A DNA stretch of 64,000 bases from Octopus vulgaris. Lineage: Eukaryota. This document shows, piece after piece, positions 1-14,101 of this stretch. The notes under the pieces are model-generated. The model did not search any database and was not told the origin of the DNA. It was given only the letters and a program-made list of their open reading frames with translations. The position numbers and the translations under genes are program-made. Numbering within the stretch: position 1 is the first letter of the stretch; the number at the start of each line of letters is the position of its first letter. The DNA is taken from contig OX597839.1 in NCBI GenBank assembly GCA_951406725.2, positions 3,100,001-3,164,000 of the forward strand, in the 5' to 3' direction.

Positions 1-55
1 CATATATACATCAAAACACACACACACACATATTTAGAGAGCAGAAAATTGACAT

Positions 56-138
<83 letters not shown>

Positions 139-140
139 TA
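56..140. repeat. (GATA)n microsatellite
   Basis: Direct tandem tagatagataga; similar tracts at about 648-710, 4136-4243, 27270-27470, 41820-41918 and 43280-43560. Confidence 0.95.
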
Positions 141-224
141 TATAATATTTACATATATATATATGTGTGTGTGTGTAATATTAATAGATTGAAACATTTA
201 TTGCCAGAAAAATAATTTTGAATA

Positions 225-263
<39 letters not shown>

Positions 264-646
264 CATACATTCATAGAGACACAGACGCACGCGCGCGCAC
301 ACACACACACAGACACACACATAACGAGACGGTGTTTGACCCAGATATCTCGTATTTCGGCAAGGTCAAATCACCACATCCCAGCAAATGCAGTTCATTT
401 GGTTTGGCTTCCCAAAAAAAATCGAACCTGTTTTCCATTAGACTGCTGAATCAAGAGTCAGACATATGATCCTTTTACATCGTATAGTCAATATACACTC
501 AATATCACTTCATAATACAGATCTTATTTTAGCTGTTATTGATCCCTTTCGATAGGGCGATGCGAAAGGTGGAGGGTTAATAGACAGGAAGTGTTTGTTT
601 AGCTTCGTCTGAGACACCACCCATTTGGAATTTCTGTTTCCCTCCA

Positions 647-710
<64 letters not shown>

Positions 711-725
711 ATATATATATATATA

Positions 726-758
<33 letters not shown>

Positions 759-944
759 AATCTATATTTTTAAAATGTTCATGTAGGAACATTTAATGTG
801 CTATTTCTAGCGTGGTGGTATCTCTTAGATACCCTTATAATTTTAATAATTAATTATTACCTTTGAGGTTTTTATTCCCATGCTAGCCACCTGATAACAT
901 CGGTATTTTGAATAAGGATCTTATCCTTATTTATATAAATTTAT

Positions 945-1069
945 ACATATATATATATATATATATATATATGTAAATATATATATATGTATATATATAT
1001 ATATATGTATATATATGTGTGTATATATATATATATGTATACATATGTATACATACATGCATACATACA

Positions 1070-1103
<34 letters not shown>

Positions 1104-1380
1104 CATACATGCATACGTACATACATACATACATACATACAAACATACATACATACATACATACATACATACATACACATCTTGTGCCAGCAGATTTTTT
1201 ATGAACTTCAGATTTTTTTAAAATGTGTATCATATTGTTTAATCGATCTACGGCAATAACAATTTATTACTGCTGCTGCTGTTGCTGCTGCAACTGCTAC
1301 TATTGCTGCTGCAACTGCTACTGCTGCAAATGCTGTTGCTACTACTACTACTACTACTACTACTATTACTACTACCATCA
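945..1380. repeat. Compound (TA)n/(TACA)n and (CTG/CTA)n microsatellites
   Basis: Visible simple repeats; they explain the YVCM/HTYI/poly-L ORFs. Confidence 0.95.
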
Positions 1381-1459
1381 TCACAATCATCGTACGTCCG
1401 TTTCTACCTCCTGCAGTTCAAGTCCTTATGGACATTGGTACATGTATCTAGCAGAGACC

Positions 1460-2562
1460 TAGAGTAGGGGACTGGCAATTGGAGTGCCGTGAGGCACTTC
1501 AACTACTCTCTCGGACGGGCAATGCCGGCAACAAGAGTTCCACTGCGGATTTCTATAGCAGGATAGTGGGATCGAAGTCCGAAGACGCCTTGGGAGAGAC
1601 CCTGAGCTACGATGATAGTCAGTTGATCAACCTGTTCAGAAGAACGTTCGGGTCGGGGTACCTGGATAATTATCAGAAATCCTTGGCTTGGCAGTGCTTC
1701 CGTGCGTGGTTACCAGTTTGTGATAAACTACCAAGGCACGGAAGTGCTGTCTCACCGACTTGTCCAAGGTGCGAGCAGGATAGGGAAACCGTCTTGCACG
1801 CATTCGTGGAATGTCCTGAATTTTTGGGACTGATAGTTTTTACAGAACAACTGATGTCATCGATGGGAAGAGTACAGCTATCAGCTGAGTTCATCATCGA
1901 GATTGTGCTGTCTCCTTCCCTTAGCGGGGAGAGGAAGGCCTGTTTTTTCTGCGTGGTGGCCAAATTGAAAGAAACAATATGGAAGACGCAGTTGAAATGG
2001 ATTGTGACGGGTACTCTTACTCTTTTACTTGTTTCAGTCATTTGACTGCGGCCATACTGGATCACCACCTTTTTTTTAATCGTGCAACTCGACCCCGGGA
2101 CTTATTCTTTTGTAAGCCCAGTACTTATTCTATCGGTCTCTTTTGCCGAACCGCTAAGTAACGGGGATATAAACACACCAGCATCGGTTGTCAAGCAATG
2201 CTAGGGGACAAACACAGACACACAAACACACACACGCATATATATATATACATATATACGACGGGCTTCTCTCAGTTTCCGTCTCCCAAATCCACTCACA
2301 AGGCTTTGGTCGGCCCGAGGCTATAGTAGAAGACACTTGCCCGAGGTGCGACGCAGTGGAACTGAACCCGGAACCATGTGGTTGGTAGACAAGCTACTTA
2401 CCACACAGCCACTCCTTCGTATCTGACCAAGGGCTGGTCAACTTTTTTAGTTACCACCTCAGCAGTAAGATTAGGCTGGAGAAGAGGTACCTGTCACGTG
2501 AAAAATTCAGAAAAAGATGGAAGCTTGTTGAGAGAAAGCTGGGAGTAACTAACACCAGGTGA
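1460..2562 (+). pseudogene. L1/Tx1-clade LINE ORF2 C-terminal fragment (zf-RVT-like), interrupted by a SINE
   Basis: LAWQCFRAWLPV...CPRCEQDRETVLHAFVECP zinc motif; after removing SINE 2017-2416 the protein resumes FVSDQGLVNFFSYHLSSKIRLEKRYLSREKFRKRWKLVERKL to TGA at 2560-2562. Confidence 0.8.
2017..2416 (-). mobile_element. tRNA-derived SINE, family A (near full length)
   Basis: Minus strand starts aggagtggctgtgtggtaagtagc (A box), ggttcagttcc (B-box-like), internal TA/TG microsatellite, tail gactgaaacaagtaaaagag; many copies in the window. Confidence 0.9.
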
Positions 2563-2778
2563 ACGGAGCCACGGAAAGAAAACAAAAGTACTACTCTGGT
2601 GTAGGATGCCTTTCCTTCGTGTTAAACATTGCCTTTAGCAATGTATTCATTTAAAATCTCATCTGTATGATAATCATTGTTAATTTTTAATCGTTTAAAG
2701 CTACTTCACCCTTTTTATGTTTGTCTGTCCTTGTCCGTCCCCTCTATGTATTGCTTTATGGCAAATATTATGAAATAA

Positions 2779-3155
2779 AGTAGCTTGCTTACCAACCACA
2801 TGGTTCCGGGTTCAGTCCCACTGCGTGGAACCTTGAGCAAGAGTCTTCTACTATAACCTCGGGTCGACCAAAGCCTTGTGAGTGGATTTGGTAGACGGAA
2901 ACTGAAACAAGCCCGTCGAATATATGTATATATACATATATGTATGTGTGTGTATATGTTTGTGTGTCCGTGTTTGTCCCCCAACATCGCTTGACAACCG
3001 ATGCTGATGTGTTTACGTCCCTGTAACTTAGCGGCTGGGCAAAAGAGACCGATAGAATAAGTACTAGGCTTACAAAGAATATGTTCTGGGGGCGATTTGC
3101 TCGACTAAAGGCGGTGCTCCAGCATGGCCACAGTCAAATGACCGAGTAAAAGAGT
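2779..3155 (+). mobile_element. SINE family A, 5'-truncated copy
   Basis: Co-linear with the reverse complement of 2017-2416. Confidence 0.88.
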
Positions 3156-3684
3156 AAAATAGTTTTAAAGGACAACGTGGTTAAGATTAGACATTTGTTT
3201 TTATAAAAAGAATCTTGGATAGATTTATAAAAATACTAGAATAGAAAATGAAATAAGTATACGATAAGACCATTAATTCTGAATAGTATGAAGGAAATAC
3301 CAAATCGCTGAGGTGACATAAAATTTAATTCATAGACATTAATCATCCATTCTTTTATTTGTAAACCACTTGCCGATGCTTTACACATACAAACAGCACT
3401 TGTGACGTCGGAAGACGTTGTCGAGTGCGTTGGAGTAGAAAACACAGCCACATAATCTTACTGTCTGATTATTATGAGAAGAAGGGGATATCGAGAAGAA
3501 TGGCCAAATGGCTGATCTCCAGTAGCCATTAGATACTGTATAAGGGAAATTATTGCTGTGTAGAATAAAAAGTAAGCGCAAAATATACAACAAAGGAAGA
3601 AACAAATATTTCGTGCATACGTGACCTTCTTCATGAATAGAAGATAGTTTAATGTTATCCTAATATATGAATAGGGTATGTGAA

Positions 3685-3919
3685 GGCGGCGAGCTGACAG
3701 AAGCGTTAGCACGCCGGGCGAAATGCGTAGCCGTATTTCGTTTGTCGTTATGTTCCGAATTCAAATTCCGCCGAGGTCGAATTTGCCTTTCATCCTTTCG
3801 GGGTCGATAAATTAAGTACCAGTTACGTACTGGGGTTGTTGTAATCAACTTAATCCCTTTGTCTGTCCTTGTTTGTTCCCTCTGTGTTTAGCCCCTTGTG
3901 GGTAGTAAAGAAATATATA
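3685..3919 (+). mobile_element. tRNA-derived SINE, family D, with 13-bp target-site duplication
   Basis: ggcggcgagctgacagaagcgttag head, gcctttcatcctttcggggtcgataaa core; aatagggtatgtg at 3670-3682 and 3920-3932. Confidence 0.9.
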
Positions 3920-3974
3920 AATAGGGTATGTGCTAGTATAGTCTTGTAGGAAGTAGAGTAAATACAACCGATAA

Positions 3975-4100
3975 TGAATGAAGACCAATTCAACTTCTCA
4001 GCCAAAAACATTCCACTTCCGACGAGGAAGTATTATATGGAACGTAAAAGACTTTTTCTATTCATGAGCGTTATACTAATACATCTGTTTGTTTTGTACA
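3975..4100 (+). mobile_element. Decayed Penelope-like ORF start fused to a PLE-type terminal sequence
   Basis: FNFSAKNIPLPTRKYY resembles the KNIP motif at the N-terminus of some PLE ORFs; 4041-4098 resembles terminus 21657-21725. Confidence 0.45.
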
Positions 4101-4121
4101 GACAGACAGACAGACAGACAG

Positions 4122-4243
<122 letters not shown>

Positions 4244-4648
4244 GAGTATATATGTGCGTGTGAGTGTTTTCTTTTAAACAGACTTCATATCTATGTATAT
4301 TATAAGAATGATTCCTTATATATTTAAGCAACTTCACTTAGAGAAAGCGATGAGGAAGGCAGGCAAGTCGCACCTGTGCTATAATAGTTAGAGTAAATGG
4401 ATAGCCTTCTGGAGTGACGTCCTTTGATATTTCGAATTCTCAAATTGCTACCAGGCTTAAATTTCTCTTTCGTGTGTTTGGAGTCACAGGAATTTAGGTG
4501 ACAGTCATATTTCAAGTTCAAATCGATGAGATAGCAAAGGGTATTGCTTTTCAATAAAAATTGCAATGTACGTACGTGAGTGTGTGCGTATATACATATG
4601 TCTATCTATCTGTATGTATGTATGCATTATGTATGTATGAATGTATGC

Positions 4649-4707
<59 letters not shown>

Positions 4708-4863
4708 AACACAGGCATATCTGTATGTGTATATATATGTGAGTGTGTGTTTATATATTTATTGCAATTATATATATATATATATGTATGTGTATATGTA
4801 TGTATGTATATAATAATATAAATAATATATACATACGTATATGTACATACTTATATCTATACG

Positions 4864-4919
<56 letters not shown>

Positions 4920-4939
4920 TATATATATGCATATGTGAG

Positions 4940-5185
4940 CACAGGACGTCACGAAACATGTACAACAAAATAATACGAAGTACGAGTACATGGAATATGA
5001 ACTATTTTTTCGAACAACAAAAGACACAAACGGAAAACAAGACAAACAACATAAAGAACCACCCTTCATCATTTGTTGGCTGTTTTCTACTCTCGTATTT
5101 CGAGCATTTAACAATAATATACGCTTTCGATATAACAGTTGCTCTCGCAAACAAATTAAATAATGACGTCTAGTTGTATTATAGA
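4940..5185 (-). mobile_element. Putative PLE-type terminal fragment between microsatellites
   Basis: Shares gagtagaaaac(a)cagcc motif with 3430-3450; bounded by TA/CA tracts. Confidence 0.3.
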
Positions 5186-5194
5186 TATACTCAT

Positions 5195-5229
<35 letters not shown>

Positions 5230-5988
5230 TGTATATATATGTTTTCATATGTATATGTAATGTATATATATATGTGTGTGTATATATATATATATACAAA
5301 TATATACATGCACAACTATGTATGTATATATATATATGTATATTCGTCCGTATTTATATTTGTGTGTGTGTCTATGTGTATATATAAATATTCATGAATA
5401 CATGATTCCATACATCTGCGTACACATTCACACACACACACTAACACGCATTCACACACACACACGTACATTTTCTCCGAACAATGCACTCTGCAATCTC
5501 CAAACCCCGTTTTATTTTTCGTTTTTAATGCTACCCTACTTCATAGTCTCGTAGAAGTAATACCGGAAGTAAAGTAGAACTAACAAAAACAGAACAGATA
5601 AAGGAATGAACGAACGATAAAGAAACAAAACAAAACAAAACAAAACAAAACAAGACAAAACACAGAAGCAAGCAAAAGAAAAATGTTTATAATTGTCTAC
5701 GTAATACCATAATAAGATGGAAAACTAAAGATACTATTTTTAGTAAATTCTCTACTCCAGACATTCAGACTTAACTACAAAGAGACGTATTCTTTAGGAA
5801 GCAGTCTCAGTTTTGTTGTCTTTGAAGAAAGAGAAATGGAATCGTTATGTAAGTTAATTCTTAGTATGTCAGTCAAGTAAGTAAAGCCTCTTTTGACTTA
5901 GTTACGCTCAGTTGATGGCTGCTGGATTATCTCGGTATCTTTGGTATCTGTCTTTATCGATGTTAACGATGTAACACACAGTTGCCTA

Positions 5989-5989
<1 letters not shown>

Positions 5990-6036
<47 letters not shown>

Positions 6037-6078
6037 AATTATTATTACTACTATTATTATTACTATTATTATTATTAC

Positions 6079-6151
<73 letters not shown>

Positions 6152-6258
6152 TTATTTTTATTATTGTTATGATTATTCTATTTTTTATTATTGTTATTAT
6201 TATTATTTTATTTTTATTATTATTGTTATTATTATTATTGTTATTATTATTATTATTA

Positions 6259-6302
<44 letters not shown>

Positions 6303-6339
6303 TATTATTAATGTTATTATTATTATTTTATTATTATTA

Positions 6340-6392
<53 letters not shown>
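5990..6392. repeat. (TTA)n/(TAG)n microsatellite
   Basis: Direct tandem repeat. Confidence 0.95.
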
Positions 6393-6398
<6 letters not shown>

Positions 6399-6408
6399 TG
6401 CATACATA

Positions 6409-6789
6409 TCTTTATATATAAAAGTGAAGTTGTGTGTCTGTCTCCTACGATTTAGATTCCTAACTACTCCCACATATTGCGGTGCAGTGTAACCAAAACC
6501 GGGTATCTTATAGTCGTGATTCATATCGAGGCCTTCTGGGTATTAGCGCGCGTCTACGATGAGTCTACGATTTTAAAAAAAAATTACCATTTTTAATGCA
6601 TTTTTTTGCTATTATATAAGGGAAATAACTCTCTAAAAATGTATTATTAAATTTCAGAACGTAAAATGCTACAGTAACACTCCCTTTGTGGTTAGCCATA
6701 TTGAGATAGCTATTATACTTTACATCTCTGAAAATGCTTATATAGCTATTTCCCTTACAAACCCGAGCAACGCCGGGCGATACTGCTAG
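6409..6789 (+). mobile_element. Non-autonomous Helitron-type element
   Basis: A|TC start (tctttatatataaaag), subterminal hairpin cccgagcaacgccggg, CTAG|T end. Confidence 0.7.
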
Positions 6790-6984
6790 TTATTTATATA
6801 AGTCACGTACTTCCCCATATATATAGATAGAGAGATACATACATACATACACACATCACACATAGATTAGATTGATTTCATTGTGTGTGTATGCATGTGT
6901 GTATGTACGCGTGTGTGTGCGTATATATATATGTATATATATATGTATATACATGTGTGTGTGTATGTGTGTGTGTGTGTATGT

Positions 6985-7212
6985 GTGTGTGTCTGTGTTT
7001 GTCCCCCCAACATTGTTTGACAACCGATGCTGGTGTGTTTACATCCCCGTAACTTAGTGGTTCGGCATAAGACACCGATAGAATAAGTACTAGACTTACA
7101 AAGAATAAGTCCTGGGGTCGATTTGCTCGACTAAAAGGCGGTGCTCCAGCATGGCCACAGTCAAATGACTGGAGCAACTACAAGAGCAAAAGAGAGAGAG
7201 AGAGTAAAAGAG
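6985..7212 (+). mobile_element. SINE family A, 3' half
   Basis: Matches 2970-3155. Confidence 0.85.
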
Positions 7213-7696
7213 TATGCAAAGAAAGAGAAATTGTAGGTACAAGAAAAGGTCAAAGGTCAATCTCTGCAATGAGCAAACCGCTTAAAAAATGTTAGCAAGC
7301 AGTGACTTCGAAGACATTAGCCTATTTTTCCTAGTAAATAGTAATGAATATTAGCCAGTAAGAAAATCTCTATAAGAGATGAAACAGTAACTATACGGAG
7401 AAGTAAGGTTTATCATTATTTCAATATGGCTCTTCTGTAGGAACGGACGTTACAACCGTTTTAACCTGAGGAGTGCGCCTTCACTAGCTGGTTATTGGAT
7501 GCAATCTGCATCCTATATATATTGCAAGCAGGGGAACTGACCCTTTTCCGAGGTGCCACGTAGTGGAAGTGAATCCGGAATCACGTGGTTGGGAAGCAAG
7601 CTTCTTACCACACAGCCACACTTGTAGTATAAATTTTTTATGTGTATATATATATATATATATAGGGTGTGTGAATTTTTATGTATGTATTTATAT

Positions 7697-8105
7697 ATAC
7701 TGTTGTGTCTGGGGAGAGTCATTTTCTTTTTGTGCCTTATAATAACGGACAGACTCAAGACTGTTGAAAAGGTTGCAAGACACAACGAAAATTTTAGGAA
7801 AATAAAAAGAAGAAATAAGAGGAAATTTTACCGGTGAGTGTGTTACATTATAAGGCACAAAAAGAAAATGACTCTCCCCAGACACAACAGAATATGCTTC
7901 AACACACGAACTCATATAAAGAATCTTGCAAACCAAATCCAAAAACGTAATATTTATATATAAATTCTCGTATACTCCAGCTTCTGTCTTTCATTTGATT
8001 GATATATATATATATATATATATGGTATGTTTTTTTGCATCTGGTTTGTAAGATTATTTATGTGAATTCGTGTGTTGAGACAAATTTTGTGTAGGGAATG
8101 GCATT
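7697..8105. mobile_element. Inverted-repeat (PLE-terminus-like) element
   Basis: About 44-bp perfect IR 7700-7743/7847-7890; further inverted copy 8033-8100; related copy at 42815-42908; HHR-like ctgttga...gttg/caac-gaaa at 7761-7790. Confidence 0.55.
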
Positions 8106-8200
8106 ATGCTAATATAATTAACACACGCACTGATTGTATTTATATATATATAACATGTGTTTTTTGTATATATATATGCATGCATACACATACACACACA

Positions 8201-8242
<42 letters not shown>

Positions 8243-8413
8243 GAGAGGACGCGCACTAGAAATATATGAGCTTGATGCTCTTTGAAAAGAGAGAGTTTGA
8301 CGTTTCGATCATAGCTCATAGTCTGAAAGCAGGACATGAAAGATCCAAAGGTGGAAAAGAAATCGTTAACGGCACATGTGTGGTTACATGCGTATGTCTA
8401 CATCTATATCCTG

Positions 8414-8499
<86 letters not shown>

Positions 8500-8597
8500 T
8501 TATATCTATCTATCTATCTATCTCTCTTCTATATATATATACCCTATATATATGAACAACCATACTAACGGACAGGATATATATATATATATATATA

Positions 8598-8725
8598 TAC
8601 GACGAACTTTTTTCAGTTTCTGTATACCAAATCCACTCACAAGGCGCAATGTGCCACGCAGTGGGACTGAACCTGAAACCAAGTGGTTGGGAAGCAAGCT
8701 TCTTACCACACAGCCACTCCTGCGC
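8598..8725 (-). mobile_element. SINE family A, 5' part with internal deletion
   Basis: Same head motif; another head fragment at 7548-7620. Confidence 0.8.
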
Positions 8726-9292
8726 TTAAGATTATATATTCATGCATATATTTTTATATACGATATATTCATTATATTTATAATATACTTTTATTGTTTT
8801 TTTTTTGCTACTAAAGTATAAAATACTTGAAGTAATTCATTTTATTTGCAAAGAAATTATTAAAAATACATTTTTTCATACTTAAATACAATTATTAAAA
8901 TGCAGGATTTCAATTATGTTGAATAAACTGCTGAGTATGACCTGAGGAAAAATATGAGAAAGAGAATGATGTGAAGGCAGTGTTGCGATGCGTATGTGTC
9001 AGGTTTAATAGAACGAGCGACTTGAGAGACGGAGAGAGACGTAGAGGGAGAGAGAGAGAGAGAGAGAGAAGGAGGAAGAGGAGAAAAGAGAATGAGATTG
9101 ATCGATGAAATTACAAACAATATAAAATATGTCACTATCAACAGCAGCAGCGCAAATATGAGAAATATCTCTTTAATACAGAATCAGATGACATCGCTAA
9201 CACCACATGAAACTGAAGCCGATTTCCGATGTTTGCACTTTTCCCAATCAACCATCGTTTTTGTGGCAAATAAATAAATAAAAAGTTTTAGT

Positions 9293-9364
<72 letters not shown>

Positions 9365-9376
9365 TATAATAATTAT

Positions 9377-9547
9377 AATCTCAAGGCGACTACAGTACCA
9401 GTGATTGTAGGATCTCTAGGAATGATAAAAAAAAAAGGTACTGAAACCTATTTGAAAATGATACCAGGCTTACCATCCCTACAGGAAGTGCAAAAAATCG
9501 TGTTTACTGGAACGGTTCATGTACTGAGAAGAGCATTATTGCTGTGA
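9377..9547 (+). pseudogene. R4/Dong-type (RLE) non-LTR retrotransposon extreme C-terminus
   Basis: TVPVIVGSLGMIKK...LQEVQKIVFTGTVHVLRRAL (one frameshift), embedded between (TAA)n and (TTA)n tracts. Confidence 0.65.
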
Positions 9548-9599
9548 AAACAACATCCATTCATGAATTTATTTATTTATTAATTTTTTAAATACATAC

Positions 9600-9634
<35 letters not shown>

Positions 9635-9638
9635 CATT

Positions 9639-9673
<35 letters not shown>

Positions 9674-9717
9674 TATTATTATTGTTGTTATTGTTGTTAT
9701 TATTATTATTATTGTTG

Positions 9718-9760
<43 letters not shown>

Positions 9761-9849
9761 TATTATTATTGTTGTTATCATTATTATTATTGTTGTTGTT
9801 GTTATTATTATCATTATTATCATTATCATTATTATTATTATTGTTATTG

Positions 9850-9891
<42 letters not shown>

Positions 9892-10423
9892 GTATTATTT
9901 GGCCTATCTCAGGGTTTCTTGGAACTCTTTGGCTTTTCCAAGAGTAGCGGGTTTGCAACCTGTGGTATAATTTCTTTGATGAAAGAAATGATTTTTTGTT
10001 TGTTTCATTTTGAAAAGAAACGATTTCTGAGATTTCCAGACGCCTACATTTTTACTTGAGTAAAGAAATGTCTTGTCTTTGTCCTTTGGGATATATTTTT
10101 AAAGTATCTTTTGTACCAGTTATTTAAAAATTGCTTCTTTTGAGGTGTCCACAAAAGCTGCTTGCCATAAACGTAATAACAATGAATAGCTCGCACTCCC
10201 AAGGATTTGAAGAAAAAATTTAAGAGCCTTTAGATAAAGTTTCATAAACGGAAGAAAGGAAATTTATACAAATATGCTGTCGTGCACAACAAAGATTTTT
10301 ATCAAATTGAAACAAAAAATGTTATTTCTGATATTATTGACGGTAAAATCAGAGTTTCGCTATCCACAGAGCGGTATTCAATACAGTTCCCCACCCCCGG
10401 AAAACACACACATACACACACAG

Positions 10424-10483
<60 letters not shown>

Positions 10484-11029
10484 GCCCTTCAAAAAGGGAC
10501 AAAAGAAGAGTAACTACTTCAATGTATCCTCAAAACAACAGCTGGAAGAAACACTGACGTTGTTAATTCTAAACAAACCCACTTTTAGTAGTTTTATAAA
10601 CCTGCACTTTGGGCCACCAATAAAATTAGTTCATGGTCTTTTTAAGTATCCGAGGTGGCTGTGTTAACAGCAAAACATTCGTTCAGCTCTGTCGTTTATC
10701 TTAAAGACCAAGGCCAGTTGCTTTGTTTCTTGTATTTTGTAAGAGTTGGAATCAGTTTTCTTATAAGTCTTTGTATTGAATTCAAATTTTGGCACAAGGC
10801 CAGCGATTTATGGGGGAGGGGTTAGGCCATTTGATCGACCCCAGTGTTCAACAGGTACTTATTTTATCGACCAAGACTTTGTATTATTGGTACAAAGAAA
10901 AACAGCGAACTCGCAGAATAGTTAGCACACAGTACAGAATGCTTAGCGGCATTTTTTTCATTTTTTCGGGGTCAATAAAATAAGCACCAGAGCGAAAAAT
11001 TCTCTTTTGTCTGTCAATGATTCTTTCTG

Positions 11030-11490
11030 GGTGATGAATAATGGCTCGGGGTTATTTGATAGCCCTATGGACTACTTTGGTAGTGATCAGATCTGAACTA
11101 TGAAAAGATTGTTTATGGTAGGCAACCAGCTATCCAAATTTCACTGCATAAAATTAGGGTTATATAGAGACGACGGTCTAATCTTCACCTGTAATAAGAA
11201 TGGCATTCAATAAGACATACTTAGAAAGAATTTAAGCATTAGAAGTCTCGTTCTTAGGATTGCTGTAAGTGCTAGTCAACATTTTATACACCATACTCAA
11301 ACCAGCTTCAGATATTTACAACACATACATATTTTCGAAGGTCAAACGAAAATATATTTAAAAACTTAGAATTATCCCTCAGCCAATCTGGAAAATGTAC
11401 TTAAAATCAATGAAAAAATTTCTAGAATATTTTCTGATGGATAAAATTATGCTACTGTAATGTAAAATGAAGCTTTAAGATGCTGAAGGA
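11030..11490 (+). pseudogene. Decayed Penelope-like reverse transcriptase fragment
   Basis: LFDSPM... and LGLYRDDGLIF (YRDD catalytic motif) at about 11154-11187. Confidence 0.65.
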
Positions 11491-12515
11491 GATCCAGAGT
11501 TGGTTTCAGAGTCTCAAGATAAAACAGAACAGAGAGGTGTTTTTCTGTCCCTACAGCCTAAGAAATGCAGCTATTGTGTAAATCTGCCATTCAAATCATC
11601 GGCTGAACTATATATTCTAGAGTGGTTAAGTAGATCCTATCATTTGAGAGTTAAGATATTCTCAGTGGACAGTTGGTGGGATTTAAACCGCTAACCATTG
11701 AGTTTTGAATTGAGAACTATCTGGGTGCATGTTTCTTTCAGTTGTAGTGTGCAATATGGGAAGTAATATTATCTAACCATGAATAGCTAATCTTGACATT
11801 ATGGACATTAAAGAGTTTTTTATATCTGTGGATTATTGGGCAAAGCTGTCTAAGTAGTTTCAGAAAGCTTCTAGCTACATTAGCAGAGACATCAAGATAG
11901 AATATAGGATCAAACCAGATTACATACATACATACACACATACTTATACACATTTACATACATATATAAGTGTATTCTACATATATTTTGTGATGTGTGA
12001 ATTCATTGGAGATTTCAATTTTGCGATAAACTTTTCACAATGTTATTACTCTATGCTTTATTTTACGCCTTATAGAGTCCTCTTGTGAGAATTATACTTC
12101 ACAGATACTAATTCATGGTAACCAATAAAATATTTCACTGTTATGTATATGTGTATGCTTTTGTAAGGGCCTGTATCTCTATTTATATGCGTGTTTCTGT
12201 GCAATTTATAGATTTTGTTATTCAATTTTCTCCTCCACTCTTACCCATTCGTTCTATCATTCCCTCACTCAACCCCGCTCTTTCAGTCGCTCCAATCACA
12301 AATCCATCATATTTCTCTTTCTCCTCCTACTTCTCTCTTTCTCCTGCACTCCCTCTCTTTCTTTCCTCATCTCCTTCTCTCCTTTGCCCTTCACACTGTT
12401 TCAATTCAACTTTCTATCTCCGTATCCGTTATTACATTTAATTTTCCTTTGTCTTGTACAGTCGACAGGAGAAACAAACATACGTATACATACATACATA
12501 CATACGTATACATAC

Positions 12516-12571
<56 letters not shown>

Positions 12572-12644
12572 ACACATAAACACACACATATATAAACATT
12601 ATATATATATATATATATATATACAGATATATGCTTATATATAC

Positions 12645-12693
<49 letters not shown>

Positions 12694-12757
12694 CAGACAT
12701 GCATATATACATATATGCATGTATATACATACACATATATAGATAAATATTTATATG

Positions 12758-12789
<32 letters not shown>

Positions 12790-13283
12790 ATATATATATT
12801 ACACACATACTCACACGCTCAGATATATAATGCAAAGTTACTTGCACTGTTCCACATCATAACAATTCATTGAATAAATGAGTGAATGACCGAATGAGCT
12901 AGTAACAGAATAAGAAAATGAACGAATGAGGGAATGAAAAAAAAGGAATGATTGATACGTATAAACGAATAAAAACGATGCGATGGTGAAAACTTCGAAA
13001 ACAGTCATCAGGAAAACGAAAAATAAAAAAGAAAATAGAAGAAATCTTTTTTTATATATGTATTTGTTAATGTTCACAGCTCACTGATTATGACTAGTTT
13101 CTTGATGAGGCCCCACTCCCCGCCCATAGTTCTCCCATAGCTGCATCCGGTAATACTATGTGGTAGGTGAACCATGATGGAGATTAAACAGATATAAAAG
13201 AATAACAGCCATCAAATAATGACAATAACACAGCGTATATAATGAATCAGTTAAACGCATACGTGTGTGTCCGTGTATATAGA

Positions 13284-13361
<78 letters not shown>

Positions 13362-13399
13362 GTGTGTGTATGTATGTATGTATGCATGCATGTATGTAT

Positions 13400-13553
13400 A
13401 GGCGCAGGAGTGGCTGTGTGGTAAGTAGCTTGCTCACCAACCACATGGTTCCGGGTTCAGTTCCACTTGGACAAATGTCTTCTACTATAGCCTCGGGCCG
13501 ACCAAAACCTTGTGAGTGGATTTGGTAGACGGAAACTGAAAGAAGCCCGTCGT
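13400..13553 (+). mobile_element. SINE family A, 5' half
   Basis: ggcgcaggagtggctgtgtggtaagtagc head. Confidence 0.88.
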
Positions 13554-14046
13554 ACAACACCACACCGCAGCCACACAACCACATACTACTCACACACCTA
13601 CACACCACAACACAACACACAAACCACCATACATCACCAAACCACTTCACCACATAGCAACACCCTGCACACACTAGCATTGACCACTTCCTCGCATCCA
13701 CACCACACATCACCATACCACACCCACCATGCCACACCACATCACACACACTAGCACTGACCACTTCTCGGCGCGCACACCATCATCCGCACGCCTACAC
13801 ACACGTCAAGATCACCAGCCCCAATCCAAACGTACACACTCGCTCTCAAATACACACGCAGGGGCACCTTCGTTTTGGGATCACCACTATTTTATTATCT
13901 CCCCTTCTTCCTAGCTCTCTTATCTGTCCACCTCTGTCCAGCCATCGCTATGATCGATCGCTAGCCACTGAAGCTTTTTTTATTCTCCCTCTGTTTATTT
14001 TCTCGTGTTCCTTTCTGTTGAAGAGCCTAGGCTCGAAACGTAAAAT
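13554..14046 (+). mobile_element. PLE-type 3' fragment ending in a minimal HHR-like motif
   Basis: CA-rich tract, then ctttCTGTTGAagagcctaggctcGAAACGTAaaa, homologous to 21630-21667. Confidence 0.6.
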
Positions 14047-14101
14047 ATTTTATCACCCTAGAACCGTTGTATACACACACACACACACACACACACACAA
14101 A

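Noticed and set aside
5700-5885. Possible host exon ending at gtaagt donors
   Set aside because: No supportable acceptor, reading frame or homology
13080-13180. cttgatgaggccc hammerhead-like start
   Set aside because: No stem II closure or GAAA
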